This document shows positions 46,047-55,104 of a DNA stretch of 64,000 nucleotides, in pieces. The notes under the pieces were generated by a model. It saw nothing but the letters and a program-made list of their open reading frames with translations. It was not told where the DNA came from and searched no databases. The stretch comes from Herbidospora yilanensis (GTDB taxonomy: Bacteria; Actinomycetota; Actinomycetes; Streptosporangiales; Streptosporangiaceae): assembly GCF_001570565.1 (NCBI RefSeq), contig NZ_BBXE01000013.1:264984-328983 (forward strand), given 5' to 3'. The number at the start of each line of letters is the position of its first letter. Position 1 is the first letter of the stretch. Both the position numbers and the translations under genes were made by a program.

Positions 46047-48934
46047 GAATCGCGCAGCACCGCGGCGTGGTCCCCCAGCGCCCCCCGGTTGGAAAGCCCG
46101 GTCTTGGCCAGCAGGCTGGCCACGTGCTTCTCCACCGTCCGCGGTGAGATGAAAAGTCGTCGGCCGATCTCGACGTTGCCGAGCCGTTCGGCGAGCAACA
46201 TCAGAACCTGGTGCTCGCGCACGGTCACGCCGAGGTTGCGCAGTTCGCCGGGCACCCCCTCCCGCCCGGGCCGACGGTACGACACCGCCGCCCCCGCCTG
46301 GCGCAGCAACGTGCGGCAGGCCGCCGTCACCGCCGTCACGCCCGCCTCGTGGAAGTGGTCCTCGGCCGCCCGCAACCACACCACCGGCTCGCCCCATCCG
46401 TCGGCCAGCGCGGCCTCCGCGACCAGCCGCGCCCCCAGGTGCGCCGCCTGCGGGAACGGCTCCCCGGCCGCCCGCGCCTCCGCCATCGTCCGCCCGGCCG
46501 CCGCGTGCTCGCCCCGCCCGCCCAGCAACACCGCGCGGGCGAGCAGCAGGAAGTGCCGGTTCCACCGCAGTTCGGCGGCCGGCTGGGCGTGCACGGCCGC
46601 CCAGTCGTCGAGGGTGAGCTCGCCGGCGAGCGCGCCCAGCAGCACGGCCAGGCCGTAGCGGCCCGTCATGTAGTAGAGCGTGGGATGTTCGTCCTCCCAC
46701 GCGCGTGCCCTGGCGAGCAACTCCGCCGCCTGGTCGCGGTCCTCCTCCAGCAGGGCGCAGAACGCCTGGCAGAGGCCGTACACGACCGGGGTGTGCAGGC
46801 TCTGCTCACCGCCCCACCTGCGGAAATCGGCCAGGGCGTGCTCCATGGCCTCGCGCCGCCCCTGGTGGGCGGCCAGTGTCGCCTGCGCCATCAGCAGATA
46901 CTGGGTGTAGGCCGTGTGCCCCAGCCGGATCGTGGTCTCGACGCACGCGGCGGCGGTCTCGGCGGCGCTCTTGTACTCCGCCCGCAGCACCCGCGTCATC
47001 ACCAGGGACGCCTCCGCGCTGTGCACCAGGCTGATCGCGCCCGCCTGGGTGGCCGCCCGCAGCACCTCCTCAAGCGGATCGCTCTCCCCGGTACGCATGT
47101 TGTGGTTGGCCGCCAGCCGGTACATCGCCCGCAACCGCCACAGGCTCAGCCCGTGCACCTCGGCGATGGCCTTCATCCGGGTCAGGCACCGGTCGGGCTC
47201 GCCGAACCCGTGCACCCTGGTCAGCATGGCCAGCCGCTCCCACGCCTGGCAGGCCACCTCGGGCAGCGGCAGCCGCTCGGCCACCTCGGCGGCGCGTCGC
47301 GACAGCGCCTCGGCGGCGGCCATCTCGGCCGGCCCGGCTTCGTTGACGCCGTGGTCGGGGAACAACAACTGCGCCTCGATCACGTCGATCGCGGCGCCGC
47401 GCGCCTCGTCGGGCAGGCTCTCCAGCGACCGCCGCACGGCCGCCACGTGGGCGCGCCCGGCGGGCAACTCGCCGATCTCGGCGGCCACCCACGCCAGCTT
47501 GGTGCGCAGGTCGACCTCCTGCCACAGCCCCATCGACAGGTCGTCGGACGCGCACTCCCTGGCCAGCTCCAGCGCCCGGTCGGCCCGGCCGCCCTCGGTC
47601 AGCGCGTGCAGCAACCGCTGGAGCGTGTGGGCCCGCGCCGGGGCGGGGCCGCCCTCCTGGAGCCGGTCGGCCCGTTCGAGCAGGGTCGCCGCGACGTCGG
47701 CGGCGCCGCCGTTCAGGTAACGTTCGCCCGCCTCGGCCAGCAACGCCCCGGCCGTGTGGACCTCACCGGCCGTCAGCCGCAGGCTCGCGGCGATCTGGAG
47801 CCACTCGTCCGGGAGCCCCGGATACAGGCGTTCGACCGACCGGGCCGCCTGGCGGGCCAGCCGGGCCCGCTCCGCCGGGATCAGCTCCGCCGACAACGCC
47901 TCGGCGGTCAGGGCGTGGCGGAAGGCGTACCATTCCCCGGCCGGTTCGTCGGGCACGACGAGCCGCGCCGTGGTGGCCGCCCGCAGGATCGCCTCGACCC
48001 CCCGGTCGTCGAGGCCGGAGACGTCCTGGATGACCGGCACCGGGAAGCGGTTCCCGAACACCGCCCCGGTCAGCAGCAGCTCGTGCGCCGCCGGCACGAG
48101 CGTCGCCATGCGCGCCGCGATCCCGCGCGCCGCCGAGTTCGGCCCCCGCGCGCCCGGGTCGTCTTTCAGGGCGTCGACGAACTCCTCGACCAAATACGGC
48201 ACGCCGTCCGTCTCGGCCACGAGGCGGTCCATCACTCCGTCCGGCAGCACGTCCGGCAACTCGTCCGGCCGTGCCAGGCAGGCCGCGACGAGCCGGCGGG
48301 TCTCGTCGGGCGACAGCGGCGGCAACTCGACGACCTCCGCCACCTGGCGGCGGGCGCAGTCGTCGGCCACGGTCCGCGCCGGGCCGGCGTGCCCGCGCAG
48401 GTTCACCAGGAGCAACGCCGGCACGTCGGCGAGGTTGTCGGCCAGGTATTCGACCACGCCCAGCGTGCCCGCGTCGGCGTCGTGCAGGTCCTCCAGCACC
48501 AGCACGCCGCCGCGCGACTCCCGTCCGAGAACGGTCAGGAGCCGCAACACGGCCTCGGCGAGGATGACCGCCGACTCCAGCCGCCGCGCGCCCCCCTCCT
48601 CCCGCCACTCGGGCACCAGCGTCGTCAACGCAGGGAGATAGGGCCGCAACAGCGGATCGTCGGGCGGCCTGCGCGACCGGGCGAGCGAGAACAACGCCTC
48701 GCTCAGCGGCTTGAACGGGATGTCCGCGCTGACCGCGCTACCCCGCCCGCGCAGGCTCACCAGCCCCAGGTCACCGGCCCGCCGGAGCACCTCCGACGTC
48801 AACCGGGACTTCCCGATGCCGGGATCGCCGACCAGGAAGACGGTCTTCCCGCGACCGTCCCCGACCTGCTCCAGACACCTGTCGAACAGCGCTTTCTCGG
48901 GTTCCCGCCCGATCAGGACCGGCGACCTGGACAC
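46043..48934 (-). CDS. Large ATPase / LuxR-family transcriptional regulator
   Basis: PVLIGREPEKALFDRCLEQVGDGRGKTVFLVGDPGIGKSRLTSEVL; C-terminal LTVREHQVLMLLAERLGNVEIGRRLFISPRTVEKHVASLLAKTGLSNR-type HTH. Confidence 0.92.
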   Translation of the reverse strand: MSRSPVLIGREPEKALFDRCLEQVGDGRGKTVFLVGDPGIGKSRLTSEVLRRAGDLGLVSLRGRGSAVSADIPFKPLSEALFSLARSRRPPDDPLLRPYLPALTTLVPEWREEGGARRLESAVILAEAVLRLLTVLGRESRGGVLVLEDLHDADAGTLGVVEYLADNLADVPALLLVNLRGHAGPARTVADDCARRQVAEVVELPPLSPDETRRLVAACLARPDELPDVLPDGVMDRLVAETDGVPYLVEEFVDALKDDPGARGPNSAARGIAARMATLVPAAHELLLTGAVFGNRFPVPVIQDVSGLDDRGVEAILRAATTARLVVPDEPAGEWYAFRHALTAEALSAELIPAERARLARQAARSVERLYPGLPDEWLQIAASLRLTAGEVHTAGALLAEAGERYLNGGAADVAATLLERADRLQEGGPAPARAHTLQRLLHALTEGGRADRALELARECASDDLSMGLWQEVDLRTKLAWVAAEIGELPAGRAHVAAVRRSLESLPDEARGAAIDVIEAQLLFPDHGVNEAGPAEMAAAEALSRRAAEVAERLPLPEVACQAWERLAMLTRVHGFGEPDRCLTRMKAIAEVHGLSLWRLRAMYRLAANHNMRTGESDPLEEVLRAATQAGAISLVHSAEASLVMTRVLRAEYKSAAETAAACVETTIRLGHTAYTQYLLMAQATLAAHQGRREAMEHALADFRRWGGEQSLHTPVVYGLCQAFCALLEEDRDQAAELLARARAWEDEHPTLYYMTGRYGLAVLLGALAGELTLDDWAAVHAQPAAELRWNRHFLLLARAVLLGGRGEHAAAGRTMAEARAAGEPFPQAAHLGARLVAEAALADGWGEPVVWLRAAEDHFHEAGVTAVTAACRTLLRQAGAAVSYRRPGREGVPGELRNLGVTVREHQVLMLLAERLGNVEIGRRLFISPRTVEKHVASLLAKTGLSNRGALGDHAAVLRDS

Positions 48935-48935
48935 G

Positions 48936-49136
48936 TTACTTGTGCGACACCGAGACGGGGTTGACGGGGTCGCCCTCAAGTCCGAGCGCGATGGTCGCGC
49001 CCGCGGCGGTGTCGGGCGACTTAAGGATCAGGGTCGCGCCCGCGGTCAGCCCCGCCAGCACGAGCGCCCGGGTGAGCGGCCTGATGTTGGCCAGCCGCGC
49101 GCCGGCCGCGAGCACCGGATTCTGCTCAGTGTTCAT
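48936..49136 (-). CDS. 66-aa small peptide encoded directly after the LanM-like gene (candidate substrate, export or immunity peptide)
   Basis: MNTEQNPVLAAGARLANIRPLTRALVLAGLTAGATLILKSPDTAAGATIALGLEGDPVNPVSVSHK; ATGA overlap with the LanM-like stop; no Cys. Confidence 0.7.
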   Translation of the reverse strand: MNTEQNPVLAAGARLANIRPLTRALVLAGLTAGATLILKSPDTAAGATIALGLEGDPVNPVSVSHK

Positions 49137-51634
49137 CTGTTCTTCGTCGCCTCTCGAAAGGGGTGCAGCAACAGCACCGATGGAATCTGTCCGGGCGCGG
49201 CCAGCCGCAGCAGACCGTGCCCGATCCCGGCCAGCCCGAGGAGCAGGCCGGGTGTGGAGACGTGGCCGGGAGTGGCGCATCGTGCTCCGTGGCGGCGCAG
49301 GGACGCGAGCACCGAAGGGCCCTCACGTTCCTGGAGTTCGGGCACTCCGAGCCTGCCCACACGTCCGTGGCACAGGCTGTCGTCGGGCAGGAGCACGCTG
49401 GGCGGGGCCGTCCGGCGGGTCAGCAGCCCGCCGCACCAGGTGTGGCCCTCGACCGGGCCGATCGGGACGTCGAGCCCGTACCGGCCGAGCGCCCAGGCGA
49501 TGCCGGCCCGTCCGAACGCGAAGCCGTCGGGCAGATCCGGCGGCAGGTCCCGGCCGGTCAGCAGGTCGGCGCAGGCCGCCGCGACCGTCTCCGCCCCGAT
49601 GGCGAGCATCGCCGCCAGGCACCCGGCCAGCCCGTCGTGCACGTCGAGGGCGCTGCGCTCGGAGATCGTCGCCTCGGCCAGCTCGACCGCCCGGCCGGAC
49701 CACGCGAGCACCTCCGCGTCGCCGAGCAGGTGCCCGATCTGGGCCAGGCCGTAGGCCATGCCGCCCAGCCCGCCGAACCCGCCGCACCCCACGATCTCGG
49801 CCAGCAGCGGTTCGGCGGCCAGGGCGTCCAGCAGCGCGGGCGACGGGGAGAGGGCCTGCCGCGCGGTCTCCAGGAAGTCGCCGCGCCCGGTGACCGTGCC
49901 GGCCTGGGCCAGGAACAGCGCCACGCCGAGATAGCCGGAGGCCAGACCGCCGCCCAGGGGCATGACGGCGAGGCCGCCCTCGTCGTCGGCCTCCAGCCCC
50001 AGCCAGTTGACGGCCGCGCCCCGGCGGTGCGCGCTCGCGAGCAGTTCATCGGCGATCTTGACGGCCGCCGCCAGATAATCTCCGGTCTCGGCTTCGGACG
50101 GCTGATCGGGGCGTGGCGGATCGCCATCGACCCCCTTCGGGTCATGGCTTGGGGCCCCCGCCCGCGTTGCCAGTGACGCGCGAATGATCCACTCCTGCTT
50201 GCCCCGGTCGGCAGGCCCCAGCCCCGTCAGCTTCTCGCCCACCGATTCACGGCCCGTGCGGGCCAACTTCCACGGCACCCCGATGCCGTCCCCAGCGTAG
50301 ATCGTAAGGGAATCCGGCGATGTCCAGAAATAGGGGACATCGCATGAATTTATGCCCTCTGCCTCGAACGGCGCCGCCGCCCGCTGGAGGGCATCGTGCC
50401 CCGACAGCTCCATGAGCAGGGAAAGTGCGCGCTTACCTGAGTCGTCAAGGGCGGATTCCCATAACAGCTCGGAATAGATTCGGGTGGGCCGCAGAAGCAG
50501 TCGCACCCGCATGGGCCCGAACCGGGGGAACAACAACCGGTCCAGGTCGTGCCGCCCCTCCGCGATGGCGTCATAGGCCGCGCGAAAGCCACCGACCAGG
50601 TCGTCCACGTACGCGGCGGGGTCGGCAGGCCGCCCGTCGAGCCGGGGACGATTGGCGGCCCCCGCGAACGGACGCGGCCCGCGCACCGGCCGCATCAGAT
50701 CGGTGTCGCGGTCCTCCCACACGATCCCCGAATAGGCGTGCACCCCTGGGTCGCCGCCCAGCGCCGAGACGTCCTGGACCGCCTGGTCGCCGATCAGCAA
50801 CCTGGGCAGAATCGCGGTCCGGTCGACCGAACGCACGAGCGCGTCGTGGGCCGGATCGGCCGCGTCCGCGCTCAGCACAGGGTGGAACAGCGTCTCGGCG
50901 TCGACGACGACGGGCTGGTCGCCGGCCGCGACGACGTTCTCGAAATGGAGGTCGATCGTGTCCAGCGCGTGCGCCAGCGCGAGCAGCGCCCCCATCCGGC
51001 GATGGAACCGCGCCACCTCCGCCGCGGACGCGCAGGGCCGCGCCTCGGCGAACTCGACCCAGCCGTGCTCCTCACGGGCGACGACCCGGAGCGTACGCAG
51101 CCCGAGGCCGGGCACCCGGCCGTTCAGCCAGCCGATCGCGGCGTTCAGGCACAGATGCGCCTCGACCGGTCGCGGCCGGTAGACGACCCGGGCCCCCGAG
51201 GCGAACCGCACCACCGAGACCGACCGGCCACCGGAATGCGGATCACCGGCGGCCGAGAACGCCACCGGCCCTCCCGCTTCTCCCGGCATCAGGCCGCGCA
51301 CGGCCCTCTCGTCCCGCCGGAACCGGTCCAGCAACTCCATCGCGTGGCGTAACGCCAGGTCGGCCAGGTCGGCCACGGCCGGGTCCGGCTCACGCGCGGC
51401 CCGCCGGGCGAAGCCGGCGTACCTCTCCTCCGGCGTCGCCCCCGGCAACTCGCCCCGATCTCCGGCCTCGGCCAGCCGTACGGCCAGCGCCGGCGCGGCC
51501 CGCTCCGACAACCGGCCCACGAGATCCGCCGCGAAGGCCTCGGCGAACGCGGCCGCTCCGGGATACGCGGCCACCAGCCGGTCGGCGGCACGGCGGGCGA
51601 CGGGTTCGACGACGGCGGAGAAAGGGTGCGTCAC
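49133..51634 (-). CDS. Class II lanthipeptide synthetase-like protein (DUF4135 dehydratase + LanC-like domain), 833 aa
   Basis: VVYRPRPVEAHLCLNAAIGWLN, HALDTIDLHFENVVAAGDQPVVVDAETLFHP (LanM kinase motifs); LanC zinc ligands HTWCGG and SLCHGRVG; GTG start. Confidence 0.9.
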   Translation of the reverse strand: MTHPFSAVVEPVARRAADRLVAAYPGAAAFAEAFAADLVGRLSERAAPALAVRLAEAGDRGELPGATPEERYAGFARRAAREPDPAVADLADLALRHAMELLDRFRRDERAVRGLMPGEAGGPVAFSAAGDPHSGGRSVSVVRFASGARVVYRPRPVEAHLCLNAAIGWLNGRVPGLGLRTLRVVAREEHGWVEFAEARPCASAAEVARFHRRMGALLALAHALDTIDLHFENVVAAGDQPVVVDAETLFHPVLSADAADPAHDALVRSVDRTAILPRLLIGDQAVQDVSALGGDPGVHAYSGIVWEDRDTDLMRPVRGPRPFAGAANRPRLDGRPADPAAYVDDLVGGFRAAYDAIAEGRHDLDRLLFPRFGPMRVRLLLRPTRIYSELLWESALDDSGKRALSLLMELSGHDALQRAAAPFEAEGINSCDVPYFWTSPDSLTIYAGDGIGVPWKLARTGRESVGEKLTGLGPADRGKQEWIIRASLATRAGAPSHDPKGVDGDPPRPDQPSEAETGDYLAAAVKIADELLASAHRRGAAVNWLGLEADDEGGLAVMPLGGGLASGYLGVALFLAQAGTVTGRGDFLETARQALSPSPALLDALAAEPLLAEIVGCGGFGGLGGMAYGLAQIGHLLGDAEVLAWSGRAVELAEATISERSALDVHDGLAGCLAAMLAIGAETVAAACADLLTGRDLPPDLPDGFAFGRAGIAWALGRYGLDVPIGPVEGHTWCGGLLTRRTAPPSVLLPDDSLCHGRVGRLGVPELQEREGPSVLASLRRHGARCATPGHVSTPGLLLGLAGIGHGLLRLAAPGQIPSVLLLHPFREATKNR

Positions 51635-51694
51635 GCCCGCGATTATGTCGACCTGAAGTCCCGGAATGTCCCGGTCGTGCCCGGGAACCCGGGT

Positions 51695-52126
51695 TCACTT
51701 CCGGGGAGTCTCCTTGGGACCGGTGATGGGCACCCGCGTGGCCGACTCCTTCTTGGTCTCGCCCAGCTTGACGGTGACCTCCAGGATCCCCTTGTCGTAG
51801 ACGGCGGTGACCTCTTCCTCCATCGCCGTCGGCGGCAGCGCCACGGAGCGGGTCAGGCTGCCGTACCTGAACTCGCTGTGCTCCGCGTCCGACTCCTCGC
51901 GGTGCCGTTCGGCGTGTACGGTCAGAATCCCGTCGGCCACCGTGACCTCGACGTCCTTCTCCGGGTCGACGCCGGGCAGTTCGGCCCGCAGGACGTATTC
52001 GCCGTCCCGCATGACGTCCTCGAACCGTACGGGCTGCTGCATCGCCCGCAAGCCCAGGAACGGGTTCTCGAACAGATCGAAGATGTCGGGCAGCAGTGCC
52101 TTCTCCCGGCGCATGAGCGTGCTCAT
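51695..52126 (-). CDS. Hsp20/alpha-crystallin family small heat shock protein
   Basis: YVLRAELPGVDPEKDVEVTVADGILTVHAER...FRYGSLTRSVALPP...AVYDKGILEVTVKL. Confidence 0.93.
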   Translation of the reverse strand: MSTLMRREKALLPDIFDLFENPFLGLRAMQQPVRFEDVMRDGEYVLRAELPGVDPEKDVEVTVADGILTVHAERHREESDAEHSEFRYGSLTRSVALPPTAMEEEVTAVYDKGILEVTVKLGETKKESATRVPITGPKETPRK

Positions 52127-52307
52127 GGCCCACCTCCACGCTTTGCGCGTCGATTGCCGCGGGCGTATCGCCCGCTACCCCTCCAGCCTGCGGAAACACC
52201 CGTCCAGGCGGTAGGGCCTTTGGTCCCGGCGACAGGTGACGAGGGGCGACCCCCCCAGCCTTTGAGGTGGATTCACCGTCCGGACAGGGGCGATCTACAG
52301 TGGGCGG

Positions 52308-53171
52308 ATGGGCATGGTGAAGACGGTCGGGCTGGTCCTGCATCCGCGCCGCGACTCCAAAGAGGCCATCGACACGATCATCGAATGGGCTCGCGGACGC
52401 GGCGTGACGGTGCTCGGGCTGCCCGAGGAGGTCGGGCGGATCGACTGCAGCGCCCTGCCCGTCGGCCCCGCCGAACTGGCCGCGCGGTCCGACCTGATGG
52501 TCAGCCTCGGCGGCGACGGGACCATGCTCCGGACGATGCGGCTGATCGCCGGCCTGCCGACGCCGGTGCTCGGGGTCAACCTGGGCAAACTGGGCTTCCT
52601 CGCCGAGATCGACGTCGAGGAGCTGCCCCCGGCGCTGACGGCCATCGACGCCCACGAACACTTCGTCGAGGCGCGCATGGCCGTCCGGACGCTGCTGCCC
52701 GACCACGGCGAGGTGCTGGCGTTCAACGACATCGCCCTGGTCCGGCACCCCGGCGACGGGATGGCGGCCGTGGCGGTCTCGGTGGCGGGCCATCCGTTCG
52801 TACGGCTGGCGGCCGACGCGGTGATCGTGGCGACCTCGACCGGGTCGACGGCCTACAGCTTCTCGGCCGGGGGGCCGATCGTCTCGCCCAACGTCGAGGG
52901 GTTCCTCGTGGTGCCGGCGGCGGCACACTCGACGTTCAACCGGGCACTGGTGTTGTCGGCCGACGAGGAGGTGACGCTGGAGGTGCTGCCGACCAGCGGG
53001 CACATCGCGGTCGAGGTCGACGGGACGATCGCCGGGCACCTGTCTCCCGGGCACCGGATCACCGTGACGGCGGTCCGGGCGGCGGCCCGGGTGGTGCGGT
53101 TCGGGGCGACCTCCTTCTACGAGCGGGCCCGGCGGAAACTGCGCGTCAACGGGAGCGCCGAGGTCGACTAG
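52308..53171 (+). CDS. nadK: NAD kinase
   Basis: SLGGDGTMLRTMRLIAG, LGVNLGKLGFLAEI, ATSTGSTAYSFSAGGPIVSP. Confidence 0.95.
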   Translation: MGMVKTVGLVLHPRRDSKEAIDTIIEWARGRGVTVLGLPEEVGRIDCSALPVGPAELAARSDLMVSLGGDGTMLRTMRLIAGLPTPVLGVNLGKLGFLAEIDVEELPPALTAIDAHEHFVEARMAVRTLLPDHGEVLAFNDIALVRHPGDGMAAVAVSVAGHPFVRLAADAVIVATSTGSTAYSFSAGGPIVSPNVEGFLVVPAAAHSTFNRALVLSADEEVTLEVLPTSGHIAVEVDGTIAGHLSPGHRITVTAVRAAARVVRFGATSFYERARRKLRVNGSAEVD

Positions 53172-54391
53172 CGCGTCACGTCGGCGAGCCGGGCCAGCAG
53201 GTGGCGGCGTTCCGGCTCGCTGCCGACCAGCTCCAGGGCCTCGCGGAACGCCCCCGCCGCCTCGGCCGGACGGCCCAGCCGGCGCAGCAGCTCGCCCCGG
53301 GCGGCCGGATAGACGTGCAGGCCGCGCAGCCGGGGCTCCCCCGCCAGGGCGTCGAGCAGGGCCAGGCCCGCCTCCGGGCCGTCGCGCATGGCGACGGCGA
53401 CCGCGCGGTTGAGGTCGACCACCGGCGACGGGGCCAGCGACCGGAGGACGTCATACAGGCTGACGATCTGGGGCCAGTCGGTGGGCTCCTCGTCGTGCAG
53501 GGCGGCGATGGCGGCCTGCACGCCGTAGGGGCCGGGCGGGCCGCCGGTCAGCGCGGTGACGACCAGGGGCTCGCCTTCGTCGATCATGGCGCGGTCCCAC
53601 CGGGAGCGGTCCTGGTCTTCGAGGAGGACCAGCCCGCCGTCGGGGCCGGTGCGGGCGGCGCGGCGGGCGTGGGTGAGCAGCATCAGCGCCAGCAGGCCGG
53701 TGGCCTCGCGTTCCCCCGGCAGAAGTCGGTGCAGGATGCGGGCCAGGCGCAGCGCCTCCTCGGCCAGGTCGTGGCGGACGAGGTCGGGGCCGGCGCTGGC
53801 GGCGTAGCCCTCGGTGAAGATCGAGTAGATCGCCTGGAGCACGCCGGGCAGGCGGGCCGGGAGCTCGTGGGGTTCCGGCACGCGGAAGGGGATCCGCGCC
53901 ACGCTGATCTTCTTCTTGGCCCTGACCAGGCGTTTGGCCATGGTCTCCACCGGCACCAGGTAGGCCCGCGCCACCTCGGCGGTGGTCAGGCCGGCCAGGT
54001 AGCGCAGCGTCAGCGCGCCCCGGTCGGCCTCGGGGAGAGCGGGGTGGGCGAAGGTGAAGAACAGGCGCAGCCGCTCGTCGGGCAGGGTGCCCTCGAAGAC
54101 CGGCGGCCCCGTCCGGTCCACCTCCACCTGGAGCAGGGCCAGCCGGGCGGCGTAGGTCCTGTCGCGGCGCAGCCGGTCGACGGCGCGGCGGCGGGCGGTG
54201 GTCATCAGCCAGGCCCCCGGGCTGGCCGGGACTCCGTCGGCGGGCCAGTGGACGAGGGCCGCCTCGATCGCCTCGGAGGTCACCTCTTCGGCCAGGTCGA
54301 GGTCGCCGAACCGCCGGACGAGCGCGGCCAGCAACCGGCCGCGCTCCTCGCGGAAGATCGCCTCGACCGACGCGTTGACGTCGCCGGTCAT
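53168..54391 (-). CDS. ECF-type RNA polymerase sigma factor (DUF6596-type)
   Basis: VTSEAIEAALVHWPADGVPASPGAWLMTTARRRAVDRLRRDRT..., ALTLRYLAGLTTAEVARAYLVPVETMAKRLVRAKKKI; C-terminal extension. Confidence 0.92.
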   Translation of the reverse strand: MTGDVNASVEAIFREERGRLLAALVRRFGDLDLAEEVTSEAIEAALVHWPADGVPASPGAWLMTTARRRAVDRLRRDRTYAARLALLQVEVDRTGPPVFEGTLPDERLRLFFTFAHPALPEADRGALTLRYLAGLTTAEVARAYLVPVETMAKRLVRAKKKISVARIPFRVPEPHELPARLPGVLQAIYSIFTEGYAASAGPDLVRHDLAEEALRLARILHRLLPGEREATGLLALMLLTHARRAARTGPDGGLVLLEDQDRSRWDRAMIDEGEPLVVTALTGGPPGPYGVQAAIAALHDEEPTDWPQIVSLYDVLRSLAPSPVVDLNRAVAVAMRDGPEAGLALLDALAGEPRLRGLHVYPAARGELLRRLGRPAEAAGAFREALELVGSEPERRHLLARLADVTR

Positions 54392-54396
54392 GGAGG

Positions 54397-54723
54397 TCAG
54401 GTGTACTCGATGATCGGCCGCACCACCATCGAGCCGCCGTGCCGGGCGCCGGGGCAGCGGGCCGCCCAGTCGGTGGCGGCGTCGAGGTCGGGCACGTCGA
54501 TGATGTAGTAGCCGCCGAGCACCTCACGGGCCTCGGCGTAGGGGCCGTCGGTGACGACCTTCTCGCCGTCGGCGGAGATGTGGACGGCGGTCGACAGGGA
54601 CGGCTCCCCCAGCGGGTTGCCGTCGACGTGGACGCCGGCGTCGCGCAGCGACTTGTCGTAGTCGCCCCACTCCTGCGGAGTGCAGGCGTCGCTCGCGCCG
54701 TGGATCAGCAACATGTACTTCAT
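54397..54723 (-). CDS. YCII-related (DGPF) protein
   Basis: MKYMLLIHGASDACTPQEWGDYDKSLRDAG...VTDGPYAEAREVLGGYYIIDVPDLDAATDWAARCPGARHG. Confidence 0.9.
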   Translation of the reverse strand: MKYMLLIHGASDACTPQEWGDYDKSLRDAGVHVDGNPLGEPSLSTAVHISADGEKVVTDGPYAEAREVLGGYYIIDVPDLDAATDWAARCPGARHGGSMVVRPIIEYT

Positions 54724-55043
54724 CAGAACTGCTCGCATTCCCGCAGCACGACCGCGCCGCCCTCCCACGAGCCGGGGCAGCGGGCCGCCCAGTCGAGGGC
54801 GGTCTCCCTGTCGGGGACGTCGAGGACGTAGTAGCCGCCGAGCACCTCCCGGCTCTCGGCGAACGGGCCGTCGGTCACGACCCGCTCGGCGCCGTCGACG
54901 CGGACGGTGGTGGCCTGGGCGATGTCGGTCAGGGACTCGCCGGAGACGTAGACGCCGGCTTCCTTGACCGACTTGTCGTAGTCCATCCAGGCCGCGAAGT
55001 CGCCCGCCGCGCCGCCGCTGTAGATCAAGAGCATGTATTTCAT
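54723..55043 (-). CDS. YCII-related (DGPF) protein, tandem paralogue
   Basis: MKYMLLIYSGGAAGDFAAWMDYDKSVKEAG...VTDGPFAESREVLGGYYVLDVPDRETALDWAARCPGSWEG. Confidence 0.9.
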   Translation of the reverse strand: MKYMLLIYSGGAAGDFAAWMDYDKSVKEAGVYVSGESLTDIAQATTVRVDGAERVVTDGPFAESREVLGGYYVLDVPDRETALDWAARCPGSWEGGAVVLRECEQF

Positions 55044-55104
55044 CGAGCCGACGCTCCTTGGTTCTTGTGGTCTGACGGGATGACGACGAACGGGTCCTCT
55101 TCAG

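Noticed and set aside
46211-48964. 917-aa forward ORF
   Set aside because: Antisense shadow of the ATPase/LuxR regulator; typical GC-rich artefact composition.
49133-51634. LanM-like gene as pseudogene
   Set aside because: Single uninterrupted frame with recognisable kinase-like motifs and both LanC zinc-ligand motifs; short length alone is not evidence of decay.
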